From assembly GCA_016713885.1 (NCBI GenBank), contig JADJOF010000004.1:133079-197078 (forward strand): a stretch of 64,000 bases of DNA. The letters are read 5' to 3'. This document shows, piece by piece, positions 10,721-19,177 of the stretch. This DNA comes from Bdellovibrionales bacterium (GTDB lineage: Bacteria; Bdellovibrionota; Bdellovibrionia; Bdellovibrionales; JAMPXM01). The notes under the pieces were generated by a model, which worked only from the letters and a program-made list of their open reading frames with translations, was not told the DNA's origin and searched no databases. The first letter of the stretch is position 1; every line of letters starts with the position of its first letter. The position numbers and the translations under genes are program-made.

Positions 10721-11686
10721 GTGGTGAGTACGCATCCGGCCTTTCTCCCGCTTCTTGTCCTCTTTGTCATCGCGATCGTTCTCGTTGCTGGATACTTCTG
10801 GCAAAAGCAAGTGCGACATCGACTTGCGATTTCAGCGGCCCTCGATGCCGATGAGTTGGATTTTGATCGCAGGCTCGGCCCCCTTCAGTTTCTCGAACGC
10901 ACCGACGGTAAAATTGCCTTTCGCCAAATCGGCCAAGGTCCCGACCTTATCTGCCTGCACGGTATCGGTGCCTCCATGATCATCTATCGCAGGCTCGTTC
11001 CGCTCTTGGCCGATCGCTACCGCGTGACGTGCCTGGACCTTCCGGGATTTGGCTGGAGCGACAAGCCACACTCGCTCAGCTATGAACTGGAGCCGCAGGC
11101 TGAAGCGCTGACGGCCGCCATCCACATACTTGACCTTAAGAAACCGCTGGTCGTGGCAAGCTCGATGGGCGCCGCGATTGCGCTCGCTTCGCTAACCAAA
11201 GAGGCTTGGGCACGCGCCATCATCGCCCTGGCTCCGGCGACAGACCCTGGACGCATTCCGAAAGTGCTCTTACCGATCGCCGCCCATGGCGAACGCCTTC
11301 AGCGCCTTCCCTTAAGCACTCGTGCCACCGTCCGCGCGATCGCGCACAAAGTGATCGCCAGACGCGAGATCATCACGCCCGGCCTAGTCGATGCGTACTT
11401 TCGACCATTTAAAGCGGAGTCTTCAGCCGCCGCCGCATTTCTGAAATCGTTCCGGTTGCTCGGCGACCGGCGCATGCCGGCACTGTTCAAAGCGCTGACC
11501 GTTCCGCTCGTCATTCTCTATGGGAAAAACGATGCCATGGTGCGAGCGGCCTCATGTGAAACGCTCGAGGCAGCGATCCCTGGGGCAAAACTCATCGTGC
11601 ACCCGACGGCCGGGCACCATATTATGGAAGACGAGCCAGAATGGACCGCCGAACAAATCGCAGCGGTCGATAAAAGTCTAGTCTGA
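10721..11686 (+). CDS. Alpha/beta-fold hydrolase
   Basis: 321 aa with an N-terminal TM segment, 'GPDLICLHGIGAS...LDLPGFGWSDKP', a nucleophile-elbow-like 'VVASSMGAAIA' and a C-terminal 'HPTAGHHIMEDEP'. Confidence 0.8.
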   Translation: MVSTHPAFLPLLVLFVIAIVLVAGYFWQKQVRHRLAISAALDADELDFDRRLGPLQFLERTDGKIAFRQIGQGPDLICLHGIGASMIIYRRLVPLLADRYRVTCLDLPGFGWSDKPHSLSYELEPQAEALTAAIHILDLKKPLVVASSMGAAIALASLTKEAWARAIIALAPATDPGRIPKVLLPIAAHGERLQRLPLSTRATVRAIAHKVIARREIITPGLVDAYFRPFKAESSAAAAFLKSFRLLGDRRMPALFKALTVPLVILYGKNDAMVRAASCETLEAAIPGAKLIVHPTAGHHIMEDEPEWTAEQIAAVDKSLV

Positions 11687-11931
11687 AGGCCGATCGTGTC
11701 CTCAATCGCTGCCAGCCCTGTCCCATGGCGAGTACCGTTGACCTTTTTCGCACTGGCAAAGTTAAATCTGGGAGCCACTTTCGTGCGGCTCCGGCTCCTC
11801 ACCTCATAAGCCGTTGCGCTCTGATCAAACAGATTGTTGGAGGCCCCTGTTTTTGTTTTCGTTTGACCTTTTTCGCCTTCCAAAGTAGACCCTCGGTCAC
11901 CACGAAAACTGGCTCAAGAGAAAGGAAATCC

Positions 11932-12165
11932 ATGTCGCGAAAACAGACCACATTTCATGGATTTCCTAAGAAAGAGCGCGCCTTCGCACCAGGCCGCAGA
12001 ACCACGCGGGCCTCGCGTCAGTGCCGACCGCGCGCAACCAAAGAGGCGATGCACCTTGTTCTAAGAAGCGATCGCGCTCGCGGCCCAAAGTCGCTCTTAA
12101 AATATGACGGCGTCGTGCGGGCCGTGATCGCAAAGCTCGCAATCCGCCGCCGCGTTCGCAGATGA
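11932..12165 (+). pseudogene. Truncated Y1 (HUH) transposase-like gene; paralog of the ORF at 63726
   Basis: 'MSRKQTTFHGFPKKERAFAPGRRTTRASRQCRPRATKEAMHLVLRSDRARGPKSLLKYDGVVRAVIAKLAIRRRVRR*' aligns residue for residue with the 63726 ORF. It stops before that copy's 'NAGNHLHITL' (HUH-like) motif. Confidence 0.55.
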
Positions 12166-12291
12166 TAAGGCCCGAGCGATGGCGCCACGTCGTGCTCGCT
12201 TTTTCTTGAGCGTCCCGGATGGAGTGATCCCTACTCGCGACAATGAAAGCGAGGCAGACTTGCGAAACGATCGAATACCAAATGGCTCTCT

Positions 12292-13872
12292 TTAAAGCCC
12301 GTAAATCTCGCGCTGTTCGCTCTCGACCTTGAGCACCTCGGACTCCGCTATACATTCAGGGAGATTCGCCTCGGGATGAACCCGACGAAAGTTTCTCGCG
12401 TCTTCGCTTTGGTAAGGATCCGCTATGACGTAGCCGGTCTCCTCAACGCAGCGTCCACCGGAGTCGCAATTGTCCCAGCGCGCTCCATAAACAAGACGGC
12501 CATCGCGAGTGAACCCCGGATACCCATCCACCACCGATCGTCGGCTGGTGTCGCGAACCGCAAAAACCCGCTTGAGCACTCGATCGTAGTAGTGAAGCCC
12601 GACAATTCCACCAGAACCCTCATAAAAAACAACAGGTGGCTTCATGCCATTTTTCGGGTAACCAAAAACGACTTTGGATGACATAAAGTCGACGCGATCA
12701 ACGAGAGTGCAGTCTTCGTGGTTGGCGCCGAACTCATAGATACGAATGCCCCCCAGACGATCCTTTGGATTCTGTGGACGGGCCGCGAACTCGGCTCCGT
12801 CCGCCGAGACCATCGGCAGACTGAACATCCAACCATCCGTCGCCCCCAAGTTTCGACAGAGATAGCGATTGCCGGTCGACTCCTTGTCATCGGCGTTGCC
12901 TGTGGCATCAACCGCCACATCGACGACCTCGTTGAAAAGCGCGCCGGACTCTTGCGTTCCCATCAGCCCCGTATCCGATGGACTTGGCCACGAAAGCGAG
13001 CGAATTCGATGTGCGCTCTTGGTTCCGCCGGGGAGTTCTGCGGCCGTCGCATAGAAGCCGCGAACGCCAGCGCGGAACTGCGCTTTTGCACGCTTCTGAT
13101 CGCGCAAAATATCGCGCAAATGATAGTGCGATCCATCGGTATCGACGATGTAGCGCCACGTGCCCTGAACCGCGAAGGCCTCGCCACTGAGCGAAGTCAG
13201 ATACGGCCGTACCATTTTCTTTTGTCGATCAAGTTCCATGACCGTCACATCGGTTAGGCCCGAGCCGGAATGCGAACGCAAAAGATAGCGGCCGTCAGGA
13301 CTGACGCGAGTGTAGATACCAAGACTGATTCGCCCACCTTCGTCCGGCTGAACCCAGCTTCCTTTGAACGGCAAATAGGTGAACGCGGCCGTACAAGCGC
13401 CACCCGCGCCTGAGAGACTGGCGACATCTCGCGATTGCAACCCAACCGCCGTCAACTGAGCGGCTGGCGCCGGCGGCCCAAAGCCAAATGGCCACTCTTT
13501 CATCGCCCGCTCAATGTCAGCGGTCGTCAAAACGCCGATCATCGGCCGCGGATTAAACCGGCCGTTCTCGACAAGATACGCCACCGGAAAGTGATTAAAG
13601 CCGTTCGCACGGAAGACCTCGAGCGATAACATTTTGCGGGTCAGATCCATTTTCGGAAAGACCGCTTCGCTGCGAACCGAGGCCATCGATCGATCCTTGA
13701 GCGTTTGTTCAAGGTCGCGTTTTGCCAAGCTCATGCGATGTTCGGCAAACTGGACCGACTCACGAGGATCCAAAAGCGGAATAAACTCATAGCCCTGACG
13801 TTTTGCTGCCAACGCAAAATAAGGGAGTGCTCCGGCCGAATACACAAAACGCGGCGACCACAAATAAACCAT
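12292..13872 (-). CDS. Hypothetical protein (526 aa), possibly beta-propeller-like
   Basis: Long ORF with segments such as 'SPDGRYLLRSHSGSG' and 'TRDGRLVYGARW', reminiscent of TolB/PD40-type repeats. It starts 16 nt after the upstream 143-aa ORF. Confidence 0.55.
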   Translation of the reverse strand: MVYLWSPRFVYSAGALPYFALAAKRQGYEFIPLLDPRESVQFAEHRMSLAKRDLEQTLKDRSMASVRSEAVFPKMDLTRKMLSLEVFRANGFNHFPVAYLVENGRFNPRPMIGVLTTADIERAMKEWPFGFGPPAPAAQLTAVGLQSRDVASLSGAGGACTAAFTYLPFKGSWVQPDEGGRISLGIYTRVSPDGRYLLRSHSGSGLTDVTVMELDRQKKMVRPYLTSLSGEAFAVQGTWRYIVDTDGSHYHLRDILRDQKRAKAQFRAGVRGFYATAAELPGGTKSAHRIRSLSWPSPSDTGLMGTQESGALFNEVVDVAVDATGNADDKESTGNRYLCRNLGATDGWMFSLPMVSADGAEFAARPQNPKDRLGGIRIYEFGANHEDCTLVDRVDFMSSKVVFGYPKNGMKPPVVFYEGSGGIVGLHYYDRVLKRVFAVRDTSRRSVVDGYPGFTRDGRLVYGARWDNCDSGGRCVEETGYVIADPYQSEDARNFRRVHPEANLPECIAESEVLKVESEQREIYGL

Positions 13873-13887
13873 CGCCTTCTTTTTCGA

Positions 13888-14319
13888 CTACAAAAGCTTG
13901 GCGAGGTCGCGATCGCGAAAGCCTTTTGTCGGTGACGATGCCAGTTCTAACGGCGAAAGAGAAACCGTCTTGAGCCGACAGTTTGCCTCCCAACGCGAAA
14001 CAACGCGACCCTTCGAGGACGACTCTGTTACCGTGACGTCTCCGCCATCGGAAATTTCAAGATCAACCCAAGAGCCGACATCGGCTCGGGCTCGACGATA
14101 AGCCTTTGTCATGGAGTCGGTGTCGACACGCCTGACCCACGCTTCATCTTTTCTCCACAAACGCGCCCGCAGTGTCTTTTCGATGCTGCTCTGACACTTG
14201 GCCTGCGAGAACTCGGTCGGCCATGAGGACCGCTCCTGCTCGGTGGGCTTCGTTGCAAGACCAAGAGATGGAATCAAGAGCGCGGAAATGAAAAATAAGC
14301 GCACGGCCGAAACTCCCAT
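13888..14319 (-). CDS. Small secreted hypothetical protein
   Basis: 143 aa with the signal-like N-terminus 'MGVSAVRLFFISALLIPSLGLA'. It is co-oriented and nearly contiguous with 12292..13872. Confidence 0.5.
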   Translation of the reverse strand: MGVSAVRLFFISALLIPSLGLATKPTEQERSSWPTEFSQAKCQSSIEKTLRARLWRKDEAWVRRVDTDSMTKAYRRARADVGSWVDLEISDGGDVTVTESSSKGRVVSRWEANCRLKTVSLSPLELASSPTKGFRDRDLAKLL

Positions 14320-14537
14320 TTAAAAAATAAAACTGCTCTCGCGATTCTATACAGCTTCTCCGACAGGGCAAGAGTCGAGTCGACTCACCTTTGTGAGAAC
14401 TTTTTGACGGCACATCCTCGACGTTGGATTGAGTTTCACGACCTAGGGCAGAACCTGTGCGACCGGACTCGACGCGACCTAAGCACAAATCTGTGTCAAA
14501 CATCCCACATCCTTCACTGAACCAGCCTCACGTCCTG

Positions 14538-14564
14538 TCAAGAATCCCCCCTACACCCCGATGA
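14538..14564 (+). promoter_or_regulatory. Weak sigma-28-like promoter candidate far upstream of fliC
   Basis: 'TCAAGAAT'-N11-'CCCGATGA', compared with the enterobacterial sigma-28 consensus TAAAGTTT-N11-GCCGATAA. It would imply a leader of about 330 nt. Confidence 0.25.
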
Positions 14565-14903
14565 GTGTTTTGTCGGGAGTGATTAGCATTCGCGACACTT
14601 CATAGGGCGCAGGAGTGCCAGAGAGCTTTAGGTCAAAGTTCTCTCGCAAACTGAGTGAATAGTGAAAGGAGGCCTTTCAAGGAAGAGATGTGAAGAAAAG
14701 TACAGGGAGTTCTGTAAGCCACAAACATTTCGCGCGAACAGCGTGAAGGTCTCGAGAGTGGCAGCTTCAATGGTGAAGTTCAGAACAGTACAAAAACAAA
14801 GGCTCGGATGCCGGTTCCCCCAAAAAATGTTCGCTTCGAAGAGGCGGCCAAGGGGATCAGAGACAAGGAAGGAATATATGAACGATTTTAACGGAGGATA
14901 ATC

Positions 14904-15737
14904 ATGGGTTTTCGCGTTTCTACAAACATCGCATCGGTAAACGCTCAGCGTAACCTCGGCGATTCGCAGGCAAAAATTGGTAACTCAATGTCACAGTTGG
15001 CGTCGGGTAGCCGAATCAACAAATCAGCGGACGACGCTGCCGGTCTCGCGATCAGCGAGAACATGAAGGCACAGATTCGCTCAACTCGTCAGGCAAACCG
15101 CAACGCGCAAGACGGCGTGTCGATGGTTCAGACGGCGGAAGGTGGTTTGAACGAGATTTCGTCGATCATCACTCGTCTTCGTGAACTTGGAGTTCAAGCG
15201 GCTTCTGACACAGTTGGCGACACAGAGCGCGGCTTCATCAACAAGGAAGTCGATCAGCTCAAGAGCGAAGTTCAGCGTATCGCACAGGTTACAAAGTGGG
15301 GTTCAGCCGGTCTTCTTGACGGCACAACTCCGACTTTTGACTTCCAGGTCGGTATCAACAACGACGATTTCTCTGACCGTATCTCTTTCAACGGTTCTGA
15401 GAACACGGCGACTCTTGATTCTCTGGGAATGAGCGGCGTTGACTACACGTCAAAAGAAGGTGCTCAAGGCGCACTCTCGCTGCTCGATACGGCACAAACA
15501 AGCGTCAACGGCATGCGCTCAAACCTTGGTGCTCTTCAGAACCGTCTAACATCAACAATCACAAACCTCGGCGTTGCAGAAGAGAACCTCTCGGCTGCTA
15601 ACTCGCGGATTCGTGACACGGATGTTGCTTCCGCGACTGCTGAAATGACTCGCAACTCGATCTTGCTGCAAAGTGCAACTTCGACCCTTGCGCAGGCCAA
15701 CCAGAAGGACCAACTTGCACTGAAACTCATCGGCTAA
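14904..15737 (+). CDS. fliC: Flagellin
   Basis: 277 aa. Conserved N-terminus: 'MGFRVSTNIASVNAQRNLGDSQ...SGSRINKSADDAAGLAISE'. Conserved C-terminus: 'SRIRDTDVASATAEMTRNSILLQSATSTLAQANQ'. A Shine-Dalgarno 'GGAGGA' lies upstream. Confidence 0.95.
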   Translation: MGFRVSTNIASVNAQRNLGDSQAKIGNSMSQLASGSRINKSADDAAGLAISENMKAQIRSTRQANRNAQDGVSMVQTAEGGLNEISSIITRLRELGVQAASDTVGDTERGFINKEVDQLKSEVQRIAQVTKWGSAGLLDGTTPTFDFQVGINNDDFSDRISFNGSENTATLDSLGMSGVDYTSKEGAQGALSLLDTAQTSVNGMRSNLGALQNRLTSTITNLGVAEENLSAANSRIRDTDVASATAEMTRNSILLQSATSTLAQANQKDQLALKLIG

Positions 15738-15768
15738 TTCCAGAGCTGACAGTTTCTTGAGCAAGAAT

Positions 15769-15798
15769 GACCTCGACTCCCATGGAGTCGAGGTCTTT
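15769..15798 (+). terminator. Rho-independent terminator of fliC
   Basis: Perfect 12-bp stem 'GACCTCGACTCC'/'GGAGTCGAGGTC' with a 3-nt loop, followed by TTT. Confidence 0.75.
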
Positions 15799-15977
15799 AC
15801 ACTCAGCACTCAATCTCCGACCGCTCGATTGTTCACATTTGCTCACAATGTTGTGACGACTGTCCTTGCTGTCGACTCTCTCAACATCGCCAAATTGGTT
15901 TCCGCGCATTGACGCACTCGGCAGCAAAACGTCTCATTTCTGATCGTTTTTATTCGAATGATTTCAAAGATTTAGAC

Positions 15978-16005
15978 TCAATATTGAAAGTAACTGCGCC
16001 GATTA
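15978..16005 (+). promoter_or_regulatory. Sigma-28-like promoter candidate upstream of the lipoprotein gene
   Basis: 'TCAATATT'-N12-'GCCGATTA'. The -10 element matches GCCGATAA at 7 of 8 positions. It lies about 50 nt upstream of the ATG at 16054. Confidence 0.35.
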
Positions 16006-16053
16006 CTTTAACGTTGCAAGAATGCGTTTTTGAAAACTGAAGAGGAGACAAAC

Positions 16054-16833
16054 ATGAAACAGATCAACATCGAGTCGAAGAGAACTTTGAAAGCCAAACT
16101 TCTCGCGACCACTGTCCTCGCATCAACCCTGAGTGTCGCCTGTGCCCCTGGCTTCGAAACAGTGACTGCACTGAGCTGTATGAGCGGCCAGTCCTGCTCC
16201 GCTACAAATGGCAGTTTGAGCGGCGGTGGCGGGACGAACGGTGGCTCGAGTAGCAGTGATTGGAGCGCGATCAGCATGGATGGCTCCATCAACGGCGGAC
16301 GCTTCGATCGAACGAAAGTCGTCGATATCGATAAGACCGCAAAGACACTTGTCGTTCGACTCCCCTTCATCGCCGGCGTACAAATCGGCATTGAGGCTCC
16401 GCTTCCTATTAAGGAGATTCCCGGTGCAACGATCGGCATCGAACCCAACACCGACGGCTCATCAGCCCTGGTTCTTCGCCTGCCCCTCGCCAAAGTGCTG
16501 CGTGGAGTCGACTTTCTTCAACCCGGCCGCCTACCCAATGGCGATCCCCTCCCAGCCATCCCCGAAGGCGAGCTCCCATCGCTCGGTTTGAGCTTAAGCC
16601 GCTCGGCCGACCTCAAGGGCGCCCTCTACCTGAGCCCGACCGTTGTGGGACTTTTCGTTAACACGAAGTTCGATCCCACTATCCGCCTGACCATGCCGAT
16701 CCGGGACCAGGCCCGCACAAAGACCTATGGCTACTTCACTTCGATCCCCGCCAAACAGGGCTTTGACGGTGGCTTTTTCATCTCGATCGCCCTGCCGGAC
16801 GACCTGGCTCGCGCGATTGACGACCTGCTCTAG
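16054..16833 (+). CDS. Putative lipoprotein, unknown function
   Basis: The ATG at 16054 gives 'MKQINIESKRTLKAKLLATTVLASTLSVAC', a lipobox-like L-S-V-A-C. A Gly/Ser-rich linker follows. Confidence 0.6.
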   Translation: MKQINIESKRTLKAKLLATTVLASTLSVACAPGFETVTALSCMSGQSCSATNGSLSGGGGTNGGSSSSDWSAISMDGSINGGRFDRTKVVDIDKTAKTLVVRLPFIAGVQIGIEAPLPIKEIPGATIGIEPNTDGSSALVLRLPLAKVLRGVDFLQPGRLPNGDPLPAIPEGELPSLGLSLSRSADLKGALYLSPTVVGLFVNTKFDPTIRLTMPIRDQARTKTYGYFTSIPAKQGFDGGFFISIALPDDLARAIDDLL

Positions 16834-16961
16834 AAAAAACGCCAGGTCCGCCGTTCGGCTGCGCCCCGTCGTTTCGATAGGGGCGCCTACGCAGTAGTTG
16901 CCAAGACACGCGACGTGTTTCACACTTGGGCCATCCATCTTCAGGTTCAGGGGGAACGGTC

Positions 16962-17453
16962 ATGGCAAAAAAGCCAACTAAAGCAAAAAAGACAGCAAAA
17001 AAAGCAGCTCCCAAAAAGGCTGCAAAAAAAGCGGCTCCGAAAGCAGCAGCTAAAAAATCAGCTAAGAAAGCCACTAAAAAAGCCGCCGCTCCAAAGGCGA
17101 CAAAAAAAGCGGCTCCCAAAAAAGCAGCGAAGAAAGCAGCTCCCAAAAAAGCAGCGAAGAAAGCAGCTCCAAAAGCAGCCAAGAAACCGGCCGCAAAAAA
17201 AGCCGCTCCGAAAAAAGAAGTCGTAAAGAAGCAAATGCCGATTTCGACTTTCTCAGAGTCAGATGAACTCGACGTTGATGCGTCTCTTGAAATGGACGAG
17301 ATCGATGCCGGTGCAGAAGACCTCGAAGAGGGCGAAGGTACCGCAGCCGAAGTCAACGAAGACGAAGGCGACGATTTCGAAGCCGACGACGACATGGGTG
17401 ACGACGATCAATTCGGCACCGACGAAGAAGACGACGACGAAGGTTACGTCTAA
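16962..17453 (+). CDS. Histone H1-like Lys/Ala/Pro-rich protein with a strongly acidic C-terminal tail
   Basis: 163 aa. About 90 aa consist of AKKAAPKKAAKK-type repeats, followed by about 72 aa rich in D/E ('DEGDDFEADDDMGDDDQFGTDEEDDDEGYV'). A Shine-Dalgarno-like 'GGGGAA' precedes the ATG and a terminator follows on the + strand. Confidence 0.7.
   Translation: MAKKPTKAKKTAKKAAPKKAAKKAAPKAAAKKSAKKATKKAAAPKATKKAAPKKAAKKAAPKKAAKKAAPKAAKKPAAKKAAPKKEVVKKQMPISTFSESDELDVDASLEMDEIDAGAEDLEEGEGTAAEVNEDEGDDFEADDDMGDDDQFGTDEEDDDEGYV
17112..17165 (+). repeat. Perfect 27-bp tandem duplication inside the H1-like gene
   Basis: 'GCTCCCAAAAAAGCAGCGAAGAAAGCA' occurs twice back to back (17112-17138 and 17139-17165). 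It encodes the repeated APKKAAKKA unit. Confidence 0.9.
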
Positions 17454-17487
17454 GCTTTATTGCTCAAGACGGACTTGAGGTACGGTC

Positions 17488-17521
17488 GAAAGAGGGATGC
17501 TTTATGCGTCCCTCTTTTTTT
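17488..17521 (+). terminator. Rho-independent terminator after the H1-like gene
   Basis: Stem 'GAAAGAGGGATGC'/'GCGTCCCTCTTT' with one G-U pair and loop TTTAT, followed by a T-run. Confidence 0.8.
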
Positions 17522-17606
17522 CGCCATTTTCAAACTGGCCCATCCCCTAAGCCCGATTTTAGTCGAGAGCGCTTTGTCGAGGCGCAGTTTAATCCGATAA
17601 AAAGAT

Positions 17607-19091
17607 ATGCGTCTTGGGTCGTACACACAATTAGTCGCGGTGATTTTAGCAAGCATGCTCTCGCTGAATAGCGAAGGCAGTGAACCTTGTAACAAAACGA
17701 CGGAGCAGCTGGATTTTGAATTCCCTGAGATGAGTCTGTATGGAGTTGAACGTGCCCTACAGAAGGTCGAAGCCCAAACCGAGGCGTCGCCATTTGCCGC
17801 CGCTTGCACAGATCCAACATCACTCAAAGATCGTCCGTCGACAGGAGCCTTTGGCCAGGTCGCTCCCCTTCGCGACAAGCAAGGCCATACATCGCGCGAT
17901 TTTTTAAAGCGCTTGATCGCTCGAATTAAAAAAGAAACGGCCGAGCACAAAGCCACGATCGATGGAATTGAAACGTGCCTCGCAGCACCAAGCGACCAGA
18001 GTCGCACATGCGTGGGATTTCGCGAGTTCGCAGACAAGGTCATTCCTACCCAAGCGGCAAACGCGAGAGGCCGCCTCGCTCTGGCCGAGACCGAGAGTCA
18101 TGTTTCGTCGGCACTCGATTTGTTCTCAAACAAAAAAGACACCCTGGCCGCTGCCGGCGATCGCGTCTCCTTCTTGCTGAATGATCAGCTCAAACCGCTC
18201 GGCACCACCAAGCACGTGGCTTGGGATCCACTCACTCCTGAAGAGATCATGCGCTACAAAAAAATCCTGATGGACGATTGGACCGCCGCCTCGCAAGACA
18301 CAGCAATGAAGGTCAAATCCGGCCAGCTCCCGGGACGCGAGAAGGTATTGCTCAAAGGTAAGTCGATTGAAATCGATAGCCCCGCCGCACGAAATCACAA
18401 GAATGTTCTTTTTCTGATGGCTCGCCTCGATCATGGAGCCGAGTACCAGCGAATCATCGCCAAGTATCCTATTCTTCAGTTCCTTCACTCTGCCCAACCG
18501 AATCGCTCGGAAATTCAAGACGCCCTTACGCAAATGAAAGCACATGTCGCAAAAGAGGCCGAGTACTTGGCCGGAATCGAAGCGGCCCTCAATACTCCCC
18601 ATCGCGATATCAAAGGTCGCGGCGGACTCACGGTGGGAAGAGAGGAATGGTTGGCGCCGCAAGCACTGGAACTTCTCGACTACTCACGCTTCGTCGAAGA
18701 TCTCTTAATCGAATCTCCAGAGTACTGCGGACTCGCGACTTCACTCACCTATGCCCGCGCCAATCGCAGTCTTGCTGGCAGCGCCGCCATCGGCTTCGTC
18801 GTCTTGGGTTCGGCCCTGGTTTTCCCGCCAACCGCCGCACTGACGGTCGGTCTTGGCGCAAGTGCCATCACTATGACCGAGAGTCAGCGAAAGCTGAATG
18901 TTGCAAAAGACCACTACATGAGTCACGTCATTGAGTTTGAAACCTCAAAGGCGGCAGACGCACTAAAGCAAGCCCAAAGCGATCGCAACATGGAAGTGAT
19001 CATGCTTCCGCTCGGTGTCGTCGGAGCCCAAGCCGCAATCGCCAAGTTTGTAAAGCCCGCCGCCGTCAAATTTTTCTCGCGCTCCAAATAA
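17607..19091 (+). CDS. Hypothetical protein (494 aa), N-terminal signal/TM and C-terminal hydrophobic segments
   Basis: Long ORF with 'MRLGSYTQLVAVILASMLSL' and a C-terminal 'AAIGFVVLGSALVFPPTAALTVGLGA'. I recognise no family. Confidence 0.55.
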   Translation: MRLGSYTQLVAVILASMLSLNSEGSEPCNKTTEQLDFEFPEMSLYGVERALQKVEAQTEASPFAAACTDPTSLKDRPSTGAFGQVAPLRDKQGHTSRDFLKRLIARIKKETAEHKATIDGIETCLAAPSDQSRTCVGFREFADKVIPTQAANARGRLALAETESHVSSALDLFSNKKDTLAAAGDRVSFLLNDQLKPLGTTKHVAWDPLTPEEIMRYKKILMDDWTAASQDTAMKVKSGQLPGREKVLLKGKSIEIDSPAARNHKNVLFLMARLDHGAEYQRIIAKYPILQFLHSAQPNRSEIQDALTQMKAHVAKEAEYLAGIEAALNTPHRDIKGRGGLTVGREEWLAPQALELLDYSRFVEDLLIESPEYCGLATSLTYARANRSLAGSAAIGFVVLGSALVFPPTAALTVGLGASAITMTESQRKLNVAKDHYMSHVIEFETSKAADALKQAQSDRNMEVIMLPLGVVGAQAAIAKFVKPAAVKFFSRSK

Positions 19092-19092
19092 A

Positions 19093-19119
19093 AAGCGCCG
19101 GTCTTTTGGACCAGCGCTT
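19093..19119. terminator. Hairpin between convergent genes (possible bidirectional terminator)
   Basis: 'AAGCGCCGGTC'-TTTTG-'GACCAGCGCTT', an 11-bp stem with one mismatch, lying between 17607..19091 (+) and 19178..20266 (-). Confidence 0.5.
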
Positions 19120-19177
19120 CGTGAGTCACATCGATCCCTTGGTGACGCCGTTGGTCGCCAAAAGGAAGCGTGTACCT

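Noticed and set aside
14662-14901. 79-aa highly basic ORF in the fliC upstream region
   Set aside because: It has a GTG start, extreme Arg/Lys content and no motif, and it ends 3 nt before the fliC ATG. It is more likely part of the untranslated leader.
16975-17220. Repetitive DNA that might be taken for a CRISPR array or satellite
   Set aside because: The periodicity is that of the AKKAAPKK coding repeats inside an ORF. There is no repeat-spacer organisation and no cas genes are present. The same applies to the KD-rich repeat region at 22840-22990.
16778-17395. 205-aa minus-strand ORF antisense to the H1-like gene
   Set aside because: It is a low-complexity mirror (Ala/Phe/Ser-rich) of the AKKA repeats. 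The + strand ORF has a Shine-Dalgarno-like sequence and a downstream + strand terminator.
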